NCBI GenBank assembly: GCA_031269875.1
Contig: JAISYM010000085.1
Span: 1,963-65,962 of the forward strand
Length of the DNA: 64,000 nt
Direction of reading: 5' to 3'
DNA from: Synergistaceae bacterium
GTDB lineage: Bacteria; Synergistota; Synergistia; Synergistales; Synergistaceae
Part shown: in pieces, positions 16,758-26,092 of the stretch
How positions within the stretch are numbered: position 1 is the stretch's first letter
Layout of the letters: each line of letters opens with the position of its first letter
Position numbers and translations under genes: made by a program
Notes under the pieces: model-generated
What the model saw: only the letters and a program-made list of their open reading frames with translations
What the model was told of the DNA's origin: nothing
The model's database searches: none

Positions 16758-18152
16758 TCAGTCGAAAATTTCGCCGCCGCACGCGCCCTTTGACGTCACG
16801 CACTTGCCGTCATCGCCGAGGTAATTTCCGTCGAAACACGCCGTGCATAACGAATCCGGCGGCAGGCCGATCGCGTTTATCATGTCCTCGCGGCTCAGGT
16901 AACGCAGGGAGTCGGCGCCTACCGTCCTCGTTATGTCGTCGAGACTGTATTTCGCGGCCGCGAGATCGCCGCTCGACGGGGTATCTATGCCGTAAAAACA
17001 CGGATACCTCACGGGAGGCGACGATATCCTGAGGTGCAGGGCGCGCGAGCGGCACTCCCTTATCATGGATATCACCAGTCCGGCGGTCGTGCCGCGCACG
17101 ATCGAGTCGTCGACGAGTACGGAGGCGCGGTCGCGGAAAAGCTCAGGACAGGGACTCAGTTTGATCCTCACGCCTAGTTCGCGCACTTTCTGTGTCGGCT
17201 GTATGAACGTTCTCCCTACGTATCTGTTTCGCACTACCGCCGCCTCGAAAGGAATACCCGCCTGTTCGGCGTAACCGAGTGCGGCGTTGGTGCCGCTGTC
17301 GGGGAAAGCGGCCACAAAATCGGCGTCCACGCCCTCGCTGATGGCAAGCCTCTTGCCCATCTCATGCCGCGCCCTGTAGACCGAGCGTCCTAACAGCACG
17401 CTGTCGGGACGGGCGAAATAGACGTACTCGAAGGAGCAGAACCACTTCCTGGCGCTCGTTATCGGAAGTGTGTGTGATGTGACGCCGTCCGAATTGATCA
17501 GTACGACCTCGCCCGGTTCTATATCGCGCACGAAAGACGCGCCCAGCAGGCTGAAAGCGCAGCTCTCGGACGCCACGTAATAGTTGTCGCCGCGTTTTCC
17601 GAGCGCGAGCGGGCGGAAACCCCACGGGTCGCGCGCCGCCACCAGGCCCTCCTCCAGCAGGACGACGAGACAGTAAGCCCCCCGCACCTCCGCCAGTGCG
17701 CGGAGCAGCGCGTCGAACGGGCTTCGTCTCGGCTGGTGCGCCAGCAATTGCAAAATGGCCTCCGTGTCGCTCGTCGACTGGAAGATGGCCCCCCTGTTTT
17801 CAAGTGTGGCACGCAGCTCTTCGAAATTCGTGAGGTTGCCGTTGTGAGCGATGGCGACCGGCCCTTTCGCGTAGTTCGCGCAAATCGGCTGGGCGTTCTG
17901 CAGCATCGACGCCCCCGCCGTCGAATAACGCACATGCCCTATCGCCGCCTTCGCCGGCGTCTTGGCGAGCACGCTCTGGCTCAATGCCTCGTGCACCAGC
18001 CCCATGCCTTTTATGGAATTGATCCGCCTGCCGCCGTCGATCCAGGCCACTCCCGCCGATTCCTGCCCGCGGTGCTGCAGCGCGGCGAGCCCGAGGTACA
18101 CTTCCTCCGCCACGAAACTGTCGGGGCTGTACGCGCCGAAAATGCCGCACAT
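16758..18152 (-). CDS. purF: Amidophosphoribosyltransferase
   Basis: MCGIFG Ntn-glutaminase start, PRTase loop VLVDDSIVRGTT, and 464-aa length. It is the last gene of the purSQLF string. Confidence 0.95.
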   Translation of the reverse strand: MCGIFGAYSPDSFVAEEVYLGLAALQHRGQESAGVAWIDGGRRINSIKGMGLVHEALSQSVLAKTPAKAAIGHVRYSTAGASMLQNAQPICANYAKGPVAIAHNGNLTNFEELRATLENRGAIFQSTSDTEAILQLLAHQPRRSPFDALLRALAEVRGAYCLVVLLEEGLVAARDPWGFRPLALGKRGDNYYVASESCAFSLLGASFVRDIEPGEVVLINSDGVTSHTLPITSARKWFCSFEYVYFARPDSVLLGRSVYRARHEMGKRLAISEGVDADFVAAFPDSGTNAALGYAEQAGIPFEAAVVRNRYVGRTFIQPTQKVRELGVRIKLSPCPELFRDRASVLVDDSIVRGTTAGLVISMIRECRSRALHLRISSPPVRYPCFYGIDTPSSGDLAAAKYSLDDITRTVGADSLRYLSREDMINAIGLPPDSLCTACFDGNYLGDDGKCVTSKGACGGEIFD

Positions 18153-18158
18153 GCCGCA

Positions 18159-20315
18159 TTACACCTTCGTGCCGTAAAAAGCCGACTGAAGTACCCCGAC
18201 CGGCACTTCCATAAAATCCTTCACGACCAGCGACTTACCGCCGACCTGTCCTATGCGCGCGACGGGAAATCCCTCCCAGCACGCGAGGAATTTATCGGCC
18301 GCGGCGGGAGGAATGATGTAGACGGCGCGCGGGCCGCCCTCGCTGAACATCGCCGCGAACGGGTCGCGTTCCAGTTCTATGGTCATTCCCTGGCCCGACA
18401 GGATCGCCTCTTTGGCGAGCGCGACCGACAGGCCTCCGCCCGCGACGACGCGCGCGCTCTTTTTTATGTCGGCCTTTTTCGACGTCAGAAGCGCGTGCGC
18501 GGCAAACGCGATTTCTGCCTCCGCGTCGTACCTCAACGTCGCGCCGCGCGGCGTCATTCGCTCCGGGTCCGAACAGAGCACCTGCCAGCGTGAGCTGCCG
18601 AGCGAACCCACCGCCGGGCCGGCGAGGAATATCAAGTCGCCCTCGCGCGCGTGCCCGCCGGAGACGAAATAGATGTAATGCGGAACGATGCCGGCGGTCA
18701 CCACCAGCGGCGATGGGTAAACAGCCCCGCGCGGCGTCTCGTTGTACAGGCTGACGTTGCCGGAGACCACCGGACAGTCCATGTCCCGGCATACGGCGGC
18801 GAGGCCTTCGACGCACCGCGACAGGACGTAATAATGCTCCGGGTTCTCGGGAGATGGGAAGTTGAGACAGTTGGTCATGCCGATAGCTTCCGCGCCGCAC
18901 AGCGCCAGCGTCCGTATGGACTGCGCCATCGTCTCCATCGCGCCGAGTTTGGGGTCGGTATGGCACTTCCACGGCTCGGCCTCCATCGCGAAGGCGACCA
19001 GGCTGTCCGAGTCGGGGATGCGAAGCGCGGAGACCGGCGCGCCCGGTTCCGCGGCGGTGCGCAACTGCACCTGACAGTCGTACTGCCGCCATATCTCCTC
19101 ACGGCAGGCGCCGTACACGGAGCCGATGAGTTTAATCAGGTCGGCGGCCGGGTCGGCGCTCTTCATACCTTTTGGAACCTCGCGGCGTTCGGCCATGCCG
19201 GCGGGAGGCGTTTCCGGCCAGTCCACGGGCGGGGCGTCGCCGAGAACGCTCACCGGTATGTCGGCTATCGCAACACCGTCCCTGACGACGCGGTACCGTC
19301 CGTCGTCCGTGATCGTGCCGACCGCGGCGCACTCCAACCCGTAATGGCGGGCGAGATCGCGCACCGCGCCGAGTTTGTCCTCCGAAAGTATGAGCAGCAT
19401 CCTCTCCTGCGATTCGCTCAGAAATATCTCCCACGGCTCCATCTCCTCGCGCAGGGGTATGCGCTCGCAGAAAATTTCAATTCCCGTGCCGCTCTTGTGG
19501 GCTATCTCACTCGACGACGAGAGGATGCCGGCTGCCCCCATGTCCTGCATCGACACTATGAGGCCTTGATCCAGCAGGTCCAGGCAGCATTCGATCAGCA
19601 GCTTCTCCTCGAACGGGTCGCCTATCTGTATGTGGCCGCGGCTCCCGCGGTTTTCCTCGTTCAGTTCCCGCGACGCGAACGACGCGCCCGCGATTCCGTC
19701 GCGCCCGGTCTTGGAGCCCAATAACACCGCCATGTCCCCGGGACGGGCCGTCTTCGAACTCACTATTTTGTCGAGACGGACGAAACCGCAGTTGAAGGCG
19801 TTGACAAGCGGGTTGCCCTCGAAACAGGGGTCGTAGAAGGTCTTTCCTCCTATCGTGGGGACGCCCACGGCGTTGCCGTATCCCGCGATGCCGTCCACTA
19901 TGCCCTCGGCCAGCACCCTCGATTTTCCCGAATCCGGCATCCCGAAGAAAAGCCCGTCCATCGAGGCCGCGGGACGCGCGCCCATCGCGAGTATGTCCCT
20001 TATGATCCCGCCGACGCCTGTCGCCGCTCCCTGATAAGGCGCGACGGCGGAGGGATGGTTGTGGCTCTCCACCTTAAAGGCCAGCCCCCAGCCGGAACGG
20101 CAGTCCACGACCCCCGCGTTCTCGCCGGGCCCTTGCACAAGATATTTTCCTGTCTGCGGAAACTTGGAGAGTAAACGCCGCGTGGATTTGTAGCTGCAGT
20201 GTTCCGACCACATGACGCCTATCAGCGCCGTTTCCAATTCGTTGGGCTCGCGGCCCAGGATGTCATTTACTTTTGCGTATTCCGCGTCGGAGAGTCCGGC
20301 GTCGCGATAGTTCAT
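18159..20315 (-). CDS. purL: Phosphoribosylformylglycinamidine synthase subunit PurL
   Basis: 718 aa. Motifs VESHNHPSAV and MQDMGAAGILSS of the PurL/AIR-synthase-related family. Its start overlaps the purQ stop by 4 nt. Confidence 0.95.
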   Translation of the reverse strand: MNYRDAGLSDAEYAKVNDILGREPNELETALIGVMWSEHCSYKSTRRLLSKFPQTGKYLVQGPGENAGVVDCRSGWGLAFKVESHNHPSAVAPYQGAATGVGGIIRDILAMGARPAASMDGLFFGMPDSGKSRVLAEGIVDGIAGYGNAVGVPTIGGKTFYDPCFEGNPLVNAFNCGFVRLDKIVSSKTARPGDMAVLLGSKTGRDGIAGASFASRELNEENRGSRGHIQIGDPFEEKLLIECCLDLLDQGLIVSMQDMGAAGILSSSSEIAHKSGTGIEIFCERIPLREEMEPWEIFLSESQERMLLILSEDKLGAVRDLARHYGLECAAVGTITDDGRYRVVRDGVAIADIPVSVLGDAPPVDWPETPPAGMAERREVPKGMKSADPAADLIKLIGSVYGACREEIWRQYDCQVQLRTAAEPGAPVSALRIPDSDSLVAFAMEAEPWKCHTDPKLGAMETMAQSIRTLALCGAEAIGMTNCLNFPSPENPEHYYVLSRCVEGLAAVCRDMDCPVVSGNVSLYNETPRGAVYPSPLVVTAGIVPHYIYFVSGGHAREGDLIFLAGPAVGSLGSSRWQVLCSDPERMTPRGATLRYDAEAEIAFAAHALLTSKKADIKKSARVVAGGGLSVALAKEAILSGQGMTIELERDPFAAMFSEGGPRAVYIIPPAAADKFLACWEGFPVARIGQVGGKSLVVKDFMEVPVGVLQSAFYGTKV

Positions 20316-21043
20316 TTTTTATCACCCCAAACACCGAAATGCTCGCCGACGGAATTCCAGAAAATTCTGCCGTCGGCGCCCCGTATGAGATTTTTCAGCG
20401 TCGCCCGTTCCGGGTGCGGCATGAGTCCCAGGACGTTGCCGCGTTCATTTATCACGCCGGCTATGCCGTTCAGCGATCCGTTGGGCGAAAATTTTTCCCC
20501 CGCCCCAGCCGAAGCGGCCGATTTCGGCGCCGAATATCTGAAGACCACATGGCCGCGCGATTCGAGCGCCGCCAGTTCATCGGGCGGCAAAAAATAAAGC
20601 CCCTCGTGATGGGCTATCGGAAACTGCACTATCTGTCCGTCCTTGAACGACTTGGTGAAGGGAGTGTCGCTGCGCTCGACCCTGATATGGCAGGGAGCGC
20701 ATATAAATCGGAGGTTCGCGTTGGGCAGAAGCGCGCCGGGCAGAAGCCCGGCCTCGGTGAGTATCTGGAAACCGTTACAGATGCCGAGCAACAGGCCGCC
20801 GCCCTCGGCGTGGGCGCGCACGGCCTTCATGATCCGCGACTTCGCCGCGAGAGCGCCGGAACGCAGATAGTCGCCGTACGAAAAACCTCCGGGCAGCACC
20901 ACCAGCTCCGGGCCGTTATGCTCGTGGAAACCCTCCTCGTCGTGCCAGACCATATCGACGGGCCCCAAGCCCATGTCGAGTATCGCGCGCTCCACATCCC
21001 TGTCGCAGTTGCTGCCCGGAAACACAACCACGGCTGTCCTCAC
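20312..21043 (-). CDS. purQ: Phosphoribosylformylglycinamidine synthase glutaminase subunit PurQ
   Basis: Class I amidotransferase motifs GFSYGDY, GICNGFQ (Cys nucleophile) and MPHPER. It overlaps purS by 4 nt. Confidence 0.93.
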   Translation of the reverse strand: MRTAVVVFPGSNCDRDVERAILDMGLGPVDMVWHDEEGFHEHNGPELVVLPGGFSYGDYLRSGALAAKSRIMKAVRAHAEGGGLLLGICNGFQILTEAGLLPGALLPNANLRFICAPCHIRVERSDTPFTKSFKDGQIVQFPIAHHEGLYFLPPDELAALESRGHVVFRYSAPKSAASAGAGEKFSPNGSLNGIAGVINERGNVLGLMPHPERATLKNLIRGADGRIFWNSVGEHFGVWGDKK

Positions 21044-21297
21044 GGCAGTTCCTCCATTTTATAGGCGTAAGACTCGATGAGCCCGTTCGCCAGCAGGTCA
21101 TCGGAGACCGAATTCACAATATTTGCGGCCTCGGTTTCCCCCCCGGCTTCCACGACAAAACGGATATACCGGCCGACGCGCACGTCGCCCACGGATTCGT
21201 AGCCGCTCTGTTTGAGGGTGCGTTCGACCGCTTTGCCCTGAATGTCTAGGACGCCGTCTTTGGGAAGGACTGTCACATCTACCCTGTAACGATTCAT
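21040..21297 (-). CDS. purS: Phosphoribosylformylglycinamidine synthase subunit PurS
   Basis: 85 aa. It resembles B. subtilis PurS (VLDIQGKAV, VRVGRYI, LLANGLIESY) and is the first gene of the operon. Confidence 0.85.
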   Translation of the reverse strand: MNRYRVDVTVLPKDGVLDIQGKAVERTLKQSGYESVGDVRVGRYIRFVVEAGGETEAANIVNSVSDDLLANGLIESYAYKMEELP

Positions 21298-21332
21298 GTC
21301 AAATTGAGCCTCCCAGAAAAATTTATGCGGAT

Positions 21333-21361
21333 ATTATCGGCGAGCACGGAAGAATTGTCAA
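21333..21361 (-). promoter_or_regulatory. Sigma70-type promoter of purSQLF
   Basis: On the minus strand: TTGACA, 17-nt spacer, GATAAT, about 35 nt upstream of the purS ATG, which is preceded by GGGAGG. Confidence 0.55.
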
Positions 21362-21400
21362 ATAAAATGGGGAATGTAGGAATTTGGTAATTACAAATGT

Positions 21401-21436
21401 AAATAAATCGGCCAGGGAACCGCGAGTCCCCTGGCC
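21401..21436 (-). terminator. Intrinsic terminator after the rhodanese gene
   Basis: On the minus strand: 8-bp GC-rich stem ggccaggg/ccctggcc with an 11-nt loop, followed by gatttattt. Confidence 0.5.
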
Positions 21437-21455
21437 GGTATAAGTATGTTTCCCT

Positions 21456-22412
21456 TTAGGGGTTCGGTCCCTGCGTTATCTCGGTGGCGGCGTCAGCGCA
21501 CCATGCCTGGTACGACGGGTTGTAGACGCGCACATTCGCGTATCCCGCGAGCCGGAACATCATGGCCACGAATGCCCCGCGCACTCCGTATGTGTCGTAG
21601 CATATTATGGTCTGATTCTTGTCGGTGAACCCGGCCTTCTCGAACATGGAGACCAATTCGCCCTCGGGCAGTATCTTGAAGTCTTCCGTGTACACGCTGT
21701 CCCACGACAGGTTGACCGCTCCCGGTATGTGCCCCGGACGGCGCTCGCCGAAGGGCTTGATCTGACCCGTGTACTCGTTTACCATGCGCACATCCACGAC
21801 CTTGACCTCGGGCTTGTTGTAGTTCTCCTTCATCCAGTCGGTACCGACAGTATAGGATGTGTCGTATTGGAAGTCTGGATATTTTACGGCCTTGTTCGTC
21901 GCGGTCTTGTTGTCCGTCTTGCCGCCTGAAGCGCGGTACACGGTGAATCCGCCGTCCATTATCCTCGCGTTTTTGAAGCCGGTCATGCGGAGCACGCAGA
22001 CCACGAAACCCGCCATACCCCAGTCGCCGCCGTCGCCGTAGACGACCACCTCTTTTTTGCCGTCGATGCCGAGAGCGCCCAGCTTCTTTGCCATCGCGGC
22101 CGCGTCGAGCACCGCGCCGTACGTGGCGTCGCCGGCTTTGCCGTTCATATTGACGAAGTAGGTCCACTCGGCGTTCACCGCGCCCGGAAGGTGTCCCTGC
22201 TGTCCCTTGTAGAGCGCCTGTGCCCTCGCGTCGATCAGGACGACTTTGCCGATATTCGCCTTGACCCACTCGGCGGAGACCAGAAGCGACTGATAGGTCT
22301 CAGCATTCCCGCCCCCATCCGCCGCAAAAGCAGCCCCGGCAAATGCCAGCACCAGCGCGGACAACATCGCCGCCAAAAAAGCGTTCATCGCACGTTTTGT
22401 TTTCAATCCCAT
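21456..22412 (-). CDS. Exported tandem-rhodanese sulfurtransferase
   Basis: The ATG at 22412 follows AAAGAGGAG. Signal peptide is MGLKTKRAMNAFLAAMLSALVLAFAGAAFA. Two rhodanese modules, with a catalytic Cys loop in the second (IICYDTYGVRG). Confidence 0.8.
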   Translation of the reverse strand: MGLKTKRAMNAFLAAMLSALVLAFAGAAFAADGGGNAETYQSLLVSAEWVKANIGKVVLIDARAQALYKGQQGHLPGAVNAEWTYFVNMNGKAGDATYGAVLDAAAMAKKLGALGIDGKKEVVVYGDGGDWGMAGFVVCVLRMTGFKNARIMDGGFTVYRASGGKTDNKTATNKAVKYPDFQYDTSYTVGTDWMKENYNKPEVKVVDVRMVNEYTGQIKPFGERRPGHIPGAVNLSWDSVYTEDFKILPEGELVSMFEKAGFTDKNQTIICYDTYGVRGAFVAMMFRLAGYANVRVYNPSYQAWCADAATEITQGPNP

Positions 22413-22551
22413 CAAGCTCCTCTTTAGTGATTTGCGTTTCCCTAAATCGGTATTATACCATCCCAAAATTCAAACGCGAGACACGCGTAAAATAAAAAAA
22501 TCGGCCCGGCAATGTATAGTGGTCGGAGGAGAGACCGTGTTCAGGCGCGGT

Positions 22552-23955
22552 TCATGACGGCAGCATATCTTCAAAGCGTATCAGTAGGACGTTTTCGGAT
22601 TTTTCCGCCTCCGCCGTGAGGTTCTCCGTAAAACCGGATTTGGCGAACAGGCAGAACCAGGTATTTTTGTAATCGAACATGGCGCTTTGTTCTTTCAAAT
22701 CCACAAGCGCGTCCATCCCGACGGGGGCGTTCGTCCATTTGCATTCTCCGAAAATTGCGTTATCGTCGCGAAACGCCATGATATCGATTTCCTCCTGGCG
22801 TTTCTTCCTTGGGTTGTTTCCCCACCATCTGCCCAGTTTTCCGATGAAAAATGGCAGCGCGTTTTTCCGCGCCCGCAGGAACAGGTACTGTTTGCATATT
22901 TCCTCGAAAATCGGCCCCATATACGCGCTCAGCCGCGGCTCCACTTCGTGATCGTAAACCCCTTCGCCAAGTCCCGCCTCGATGGCGCTCAGGTTCGGGA
23001 ACACGAAACGATACCAAAAACGGAACATTTGATCTCCAAGAAGGTAGACGCTTTTCTTGCCCCCTCTTTCGGTGACGGGGTTTTCTTTTTTCACGATGCC
23101 GAGCGCCATCAGCGAACTCATGTATTTCGCGCATTTATTGCTTTCGGCGCCGCATTTCGTGGCTATTTCATTCAATCGCGACGCGCCGGCCGCTATCGCC
23201 CCTATAATGCCGTTGTAGACAGACGGTTCCCTGAGTTCCTGCTTGAGCAGGTTCGCCGGTTCCTCGTAAAAATGTCCCGAGGGGGTCAAAAACAGGCTGA
23301 TTATGTTATCCCGGAGGGATTTTCCACGGTCGATCTTATTCAGATATTCCGGAACGCCGCCGGTAACTCCGTATAAAACGCCCCTGTCCGTTTTGACAAA
23401 ACCCTCCAGAAATGGCAGGGAGTCGAAAAAAGTAAACGGCGTGATCCTGAACTGTGCCGTCCTCCTGCCGTAAAGCGGGCTTTTATAGCCCAGCACCTGA
23501 TTTTCCATAAAGCTCATGCTGGAGCCGCATAAAATTAAAAACAGTTTGCTGTATGCCAAACGCGAATCGATATGCGCCTGAAGAATGGAGGAGATGGGCC
23601 TGTACCCGTCAGCGAGGAAAGGGTACTCGTCGATCGCGAGTATCATTCTCCTATTCTCCGATATTTTATAGATATAATCGAACGCGTGTTCCCAATCCGA
23701 AAAAAAAGCGCTTCCGGCCAATTCTTCAGCCGTCACGGAATACACGTCCCGGCTGAACCCGTTTAAATTGACCACGCTTCCGGCCTCGCGGGCGGCAAAG
23801 TATATTGCCGCCTTATCCTTTATAAATTCTTTAATCAAAGTGGTTTTTCCGACCCGCCGCCGACCATAAATAACGGCGCATTCGAACCTGCCGCTTCCGT
23901 ACATCTCGTTCAGTTTTTTCAGCTCCGATATCCTTCCGTAAAACAGGACACTCAC
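22552..23955 (-). CDS. P-loop ATPase (archaeal-ATPase type) with C-terminal DUF234-like (PD-(D/E)xK-like) domain
   Basis: Walker A is GRRRVGKTT and Walker B is LAIDEYPF. C-terminal block is EEIDIMAF...FGECKW. 467 aa. Confidence 0.8.
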   Translation of the reverse strand: MSVLFYGRISELKKLNEMYGSGRFECAVIYGRRRVGKTTLIKEFIKDKAAIYFAAREAGSVVNLNGFSRDVYSVTAEELAGSAFFSDWEHAFDYIYKISENRRMILAIDEYPFLADGYRPISSILQAHIDSRLAYSKLFLILCGSSMSFMENQVLGYKSPLYGRRTAQFRITPFTFFDSLPFLEGFVKTDRGVLYGVTGGVPEYLNKIDRGKSLRDNIISLFLTPSGHFYEEPANLLKQELREPSVYNGIIGAIAAGASRLNEIATKCGAESNKCAKYMSSLMALGIVKKENPVTERGGKKSVYLLGDQMFRFWYRFVFPNLSAIEAGLGEGVYDHEVEPRLSAYMGPIFEEICKQYLFLRARKNALPFFIGKLGRWWGNNPRKKRQEEIDIMAFRDDNAIFGECKWTNAPVGMDALVDLKEQSAMFDYKNTWFCLFAKSGFTENLTAEAEKSENVLLIRFEDMLPS

Positions 23956-23979
23956 TCCTTAAAAAACAAACTCACAATT

Positions 23980-24066
23980 ATGCAACTTGTAAGTTGCATT
24001 TTTATATTGTCAAATATATTTTGCCTTTGTCAAGTATATTTTGCCTTCGTCAATTTTATATTTACA
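23980..24066. promoter_or_regulatory. Palindromic operator-like site plus 20-bp tandem repeats upstream of the DUF234-type ATPase gene
   Basis: atgcaactt-gt-aagttgcat at 23980..23999 has 9-bp arms. Units ttgtcaaatatattttgcct (24007..24026) and ttgtcaagtatattttgcct (24027..24046) share 19/20 identity; a degenerate third unit is at 24047..24066. Each unit reads TTGACA on the gene strand. Confidence 0.55.
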
Positions 24067-24218
24067 AACTGCTTCCGTGATGTCAAGCCTCCATATTTTC
24101 AAAAGCACTCCGTTGTGTTAGTCTTGGCTCGGGTGATATGGCTCAAAAAGGATGATGCGCGTATGGACCAAAGTTCCGAAAAACCGGCGGCCGTTTTGGG
24201 ATATGGAGCCGCGAAACC

Positions 24219-24551
24219 ATGACGGCTCGATACGCAAAAGGAATATCGCTGATGCTGATCTGCTCGGTGTGTCTGTGCGCCGGGCAACTGATATGGAAGG
24301 TCATGCCGGGGATGAATATAATTTACCTCGGGAGCGGGTTTGCCGTATTCGCGCTCGGCGCGGCCGCGATGGTGCTGGCGTACCGTTACGGGGAGCTGTC
24401 GGTGTTGCAGCCGTTGAACAGTCTCACATACGTTTTTTCGCTGTTGATAGGCGTGTTCGTCTTTTCAGAGCCGGTTTCGGCCGCGAAACTGCTGGGGGTC
24501 GCGGCGGTTGTCGCGGGCGTCGCGTTGATAGGAAGCTGCGGGAACCGGTGA
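24219..24551 (+). CDS. Half-size EamA/SMR-like membrane protein (ArnE-like flippase subunit)
   Basis: 110 aa with four hydrophobic helices. The C-terminal LLGVAAVVAGVALIG is typical of the EamA/SMR fold. It is paired with a second half-size gene. Confidence 0.65.
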   Translation: MTARYAKGISLMLICSVCLCAGQLIWKVMPGMNIIYLGSGFAVFALGAAAMVLAYRYGELSVLQPLNSLTYVFSLLIGVFVFSEPVSAAKLLGVAAVVAGVALIGSCGNR

Positions 24552-24871
24552 ACTACGCGCTGGTGCTGATCTCTTCGCTTGTGGCGGCGTTCGCCAGTTA
24601 CTTTCTGAAAATAGCGTCGGGGAGCGGCAAAATATCGGGCATCCTGAGAAGCAGGCATCTTTACTTCGGCGGCGCGCTTTATGTGGCGAGCGCGTTTATC
24701 TCGATAGCGCTGCTGAAGAGGATGCCGTTTTCCGTCCTGCTGCCGCTGGGCGGGCTGTGCTACGTGTGGACCATACTCATCTCGCGGAAATTCCTCGGCG
24801 AAAAGATCGGCGCGCGCAAAATCGCCGGCGTTGCCTTGATCATAGCTGGCATCGCCCTCGTGGCGCGGTGA
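24548..24871 (+). CDS. Half-size EamA/SMR-like membrane protein (ArnF-like flippase subunit)
   Basis: The GTG at 24548 overlaps the upstream stop (GTGA). 107 aa, VNYALVLISSLVAAF...IAGVALIIAGIALVAR. The longer track ORF 24152..24871 has an Arg-rich out-of-frame N-terminus and is rejected. Confidence 0.6.
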   Translation: MNYALVLISSLVAAFASYFLKIASGSGKISGILRSRHLYFGGALYVASAFISIALLKRMPFSVLLPLGGLCYVWTILISRKFLGEKIGARKIAGVALIIAGIALVAR

Positions 24872-24926
24872 ATATAGAATGATATAATGACGGCGCGGGC
24901 AAGAAGCCAGTCGCGGGGGATAAGAG

Positions 24927-25853
24927 ATGAACGTACTGATAGCGGGCGGGGCGGGTTTTATTGGATGTCACCTGACGGACGCGCTTATAGACGCCGGGTG
25001 CAAGGTGGTCTGCGCGGATATTCTGCGCTTTGGCGGCAGGGAGAAGCTGGAGAAATATCTCGGGAGCGCGGATTTTTCATTTTACGAGACGGACATCTGC
25101 GACGAGCGCCGGCTCGACGAGATTTTCGCGGCCCATTCGTTCGACAGAGTGTATCATCTGGCGGCCAATTCGGATATCCAGAAAGGCGGCGGGGATCCCT
25201 CGATAGATTTTCACGACACCTTTCTGACGACGGTCAGCCTGTTGAACGCGATGAGGCGTCACGGCGCGCGGGAGATGCTTTTCGCGTCCACCTCGGCCGT
25301 GTACGGCGACAAAAGAGAATTGCTCAAAGAGGACACGGGCGACTTGCGGCCGATATCCTATTACGGCGCCGCCAAACTGGCCTCGGAGTCGTTTATTTCC
25401 GCGTACTCCGCCATGAACGGCCTCCGCGCCTGCGTCACGAGGTTTCCCAACGTTGTCGGCCCAGGGCTGACGCATGGGGCGGTCTATGATTTCATCGCGA
25501 AACTGAGAAAAGACCCCGCGAAACTCGAAATTCTGGGCGACGGAAAACAGGAAAAGCCATACATATACGTTTCGGATCTGGTGGACGCCATGCTGTCGAT
25601 GAATTATCCCGAGGGCGTGACCGTCTGCAACGCGGGGGTCGAGACCGCCACCACCGTGCGGCGCATAGCCGACATAGTGTGCGAGGAAATGGGCCTCGAC
25701 AACGTGGAATACCGTTTCACCGGCGGCGCTGCCGGCTGGCCGGGCGATGTCCCGAAATTTCAGTACGACCTGTCCAAAATACACGCCCTGGGCTGGCGCG
25801 CGAAACACACCTCCGACGAGGCGGTGCGGCTTGCCGCGAGGCTGTCCCTGTGA
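24927..25853 (+). CDS. NAD-dependent epimerase/dehydratase (extended SDR)
   Basis: Rossmann motif GGAGFIGCHL and catalytic YxxxK (YYGAAK). 308 aa. Confidence 0.9.
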   Translation: MNVLIAGGAGFIGCHLTDALIDAGCKVVCADILRFGGREKLEKYLGSADFSFYETDICDERRLDEIFAAHSFDRVYHLAANSDIQKGGGDPSIDFHDTFLTTVSLLNAMRRHGAREMLFASTSAVYGDKRELLKEDTGDLRPISYYGAAKLASESFISAYSAMNGLRACVTRFPNVVGPGLTHGAVYDFIAKLRKDPAKLEILGDGKQEKPYIYVSDLVDAMLSMNYPEGVTVCNAGVETATTVRRIADIVCEEMGLDNVEYRFTGGAAGWPGDVPKFQYDLSKIHALGWRAKHTSDEAVRLAARLSL

Positions 25854-25964
25854 AAGCTGGAGGCGGGGAAATTTTTACGGACTGAAGTTTAACATAATAT
25901 CAAAATCTTGTAAAGAATATGGAACAGGCATTAGAGAGGTGAAAATATTCTCATAATTAATTTC

Positions 25965-26012
25965 CGCCCGCCGGGGGCGCTGTGTTCGTTTGCGCTCGCG
26001 GCGGGCGTTTTT
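25965..26012 (+). terminator. Intrinsic terminator after the epimerase gene
   Basis: Stem cgcccgccg (25965..25973) pairs with cggcgggcg (25999..26007), followed by TTTTT. Confidence 0.6.
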
Positions 26013-26092
26013 CGCGGTATAGATACTTAGCGAAAATTTGAAGGCTGCTTTTCCAGCTTATCTGGGATAGGTTTTTGCCCGCTTCTTGGGCT

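Noticed and set aside
21298-21455. A possible purine or ZTP riboswitch upstream of purS, and a possible cobalamin riboswitch near the corrinoid genes (10563..10634 and 11166..11421).
   Set aside because: The purS leader downstream of the predicted promoter is only about 35 nt. I could not find a B12 box or purine-riboswitch core by eye in the regions near the corrinoid genes.
24007-24066. Tandem 20-bp repeats, considered as a possible CRISPR array.
   Set aside because: There are only two good units plus one degenerate unit. They abut directly with no spacers and sit in a promoter region, so this is not a CRISPR array.
24152-24871. A 239-aa ORF that would fuse an Arg-rich N-terminus to the second EamA-like protein.
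   Set aside because: The first ~130 codons overlap the ArnE-like gene out of frame and look non-protein-like. The GTG at 24548 overlapping the upstream stop gives a sensible 107-aa four-helix protein.
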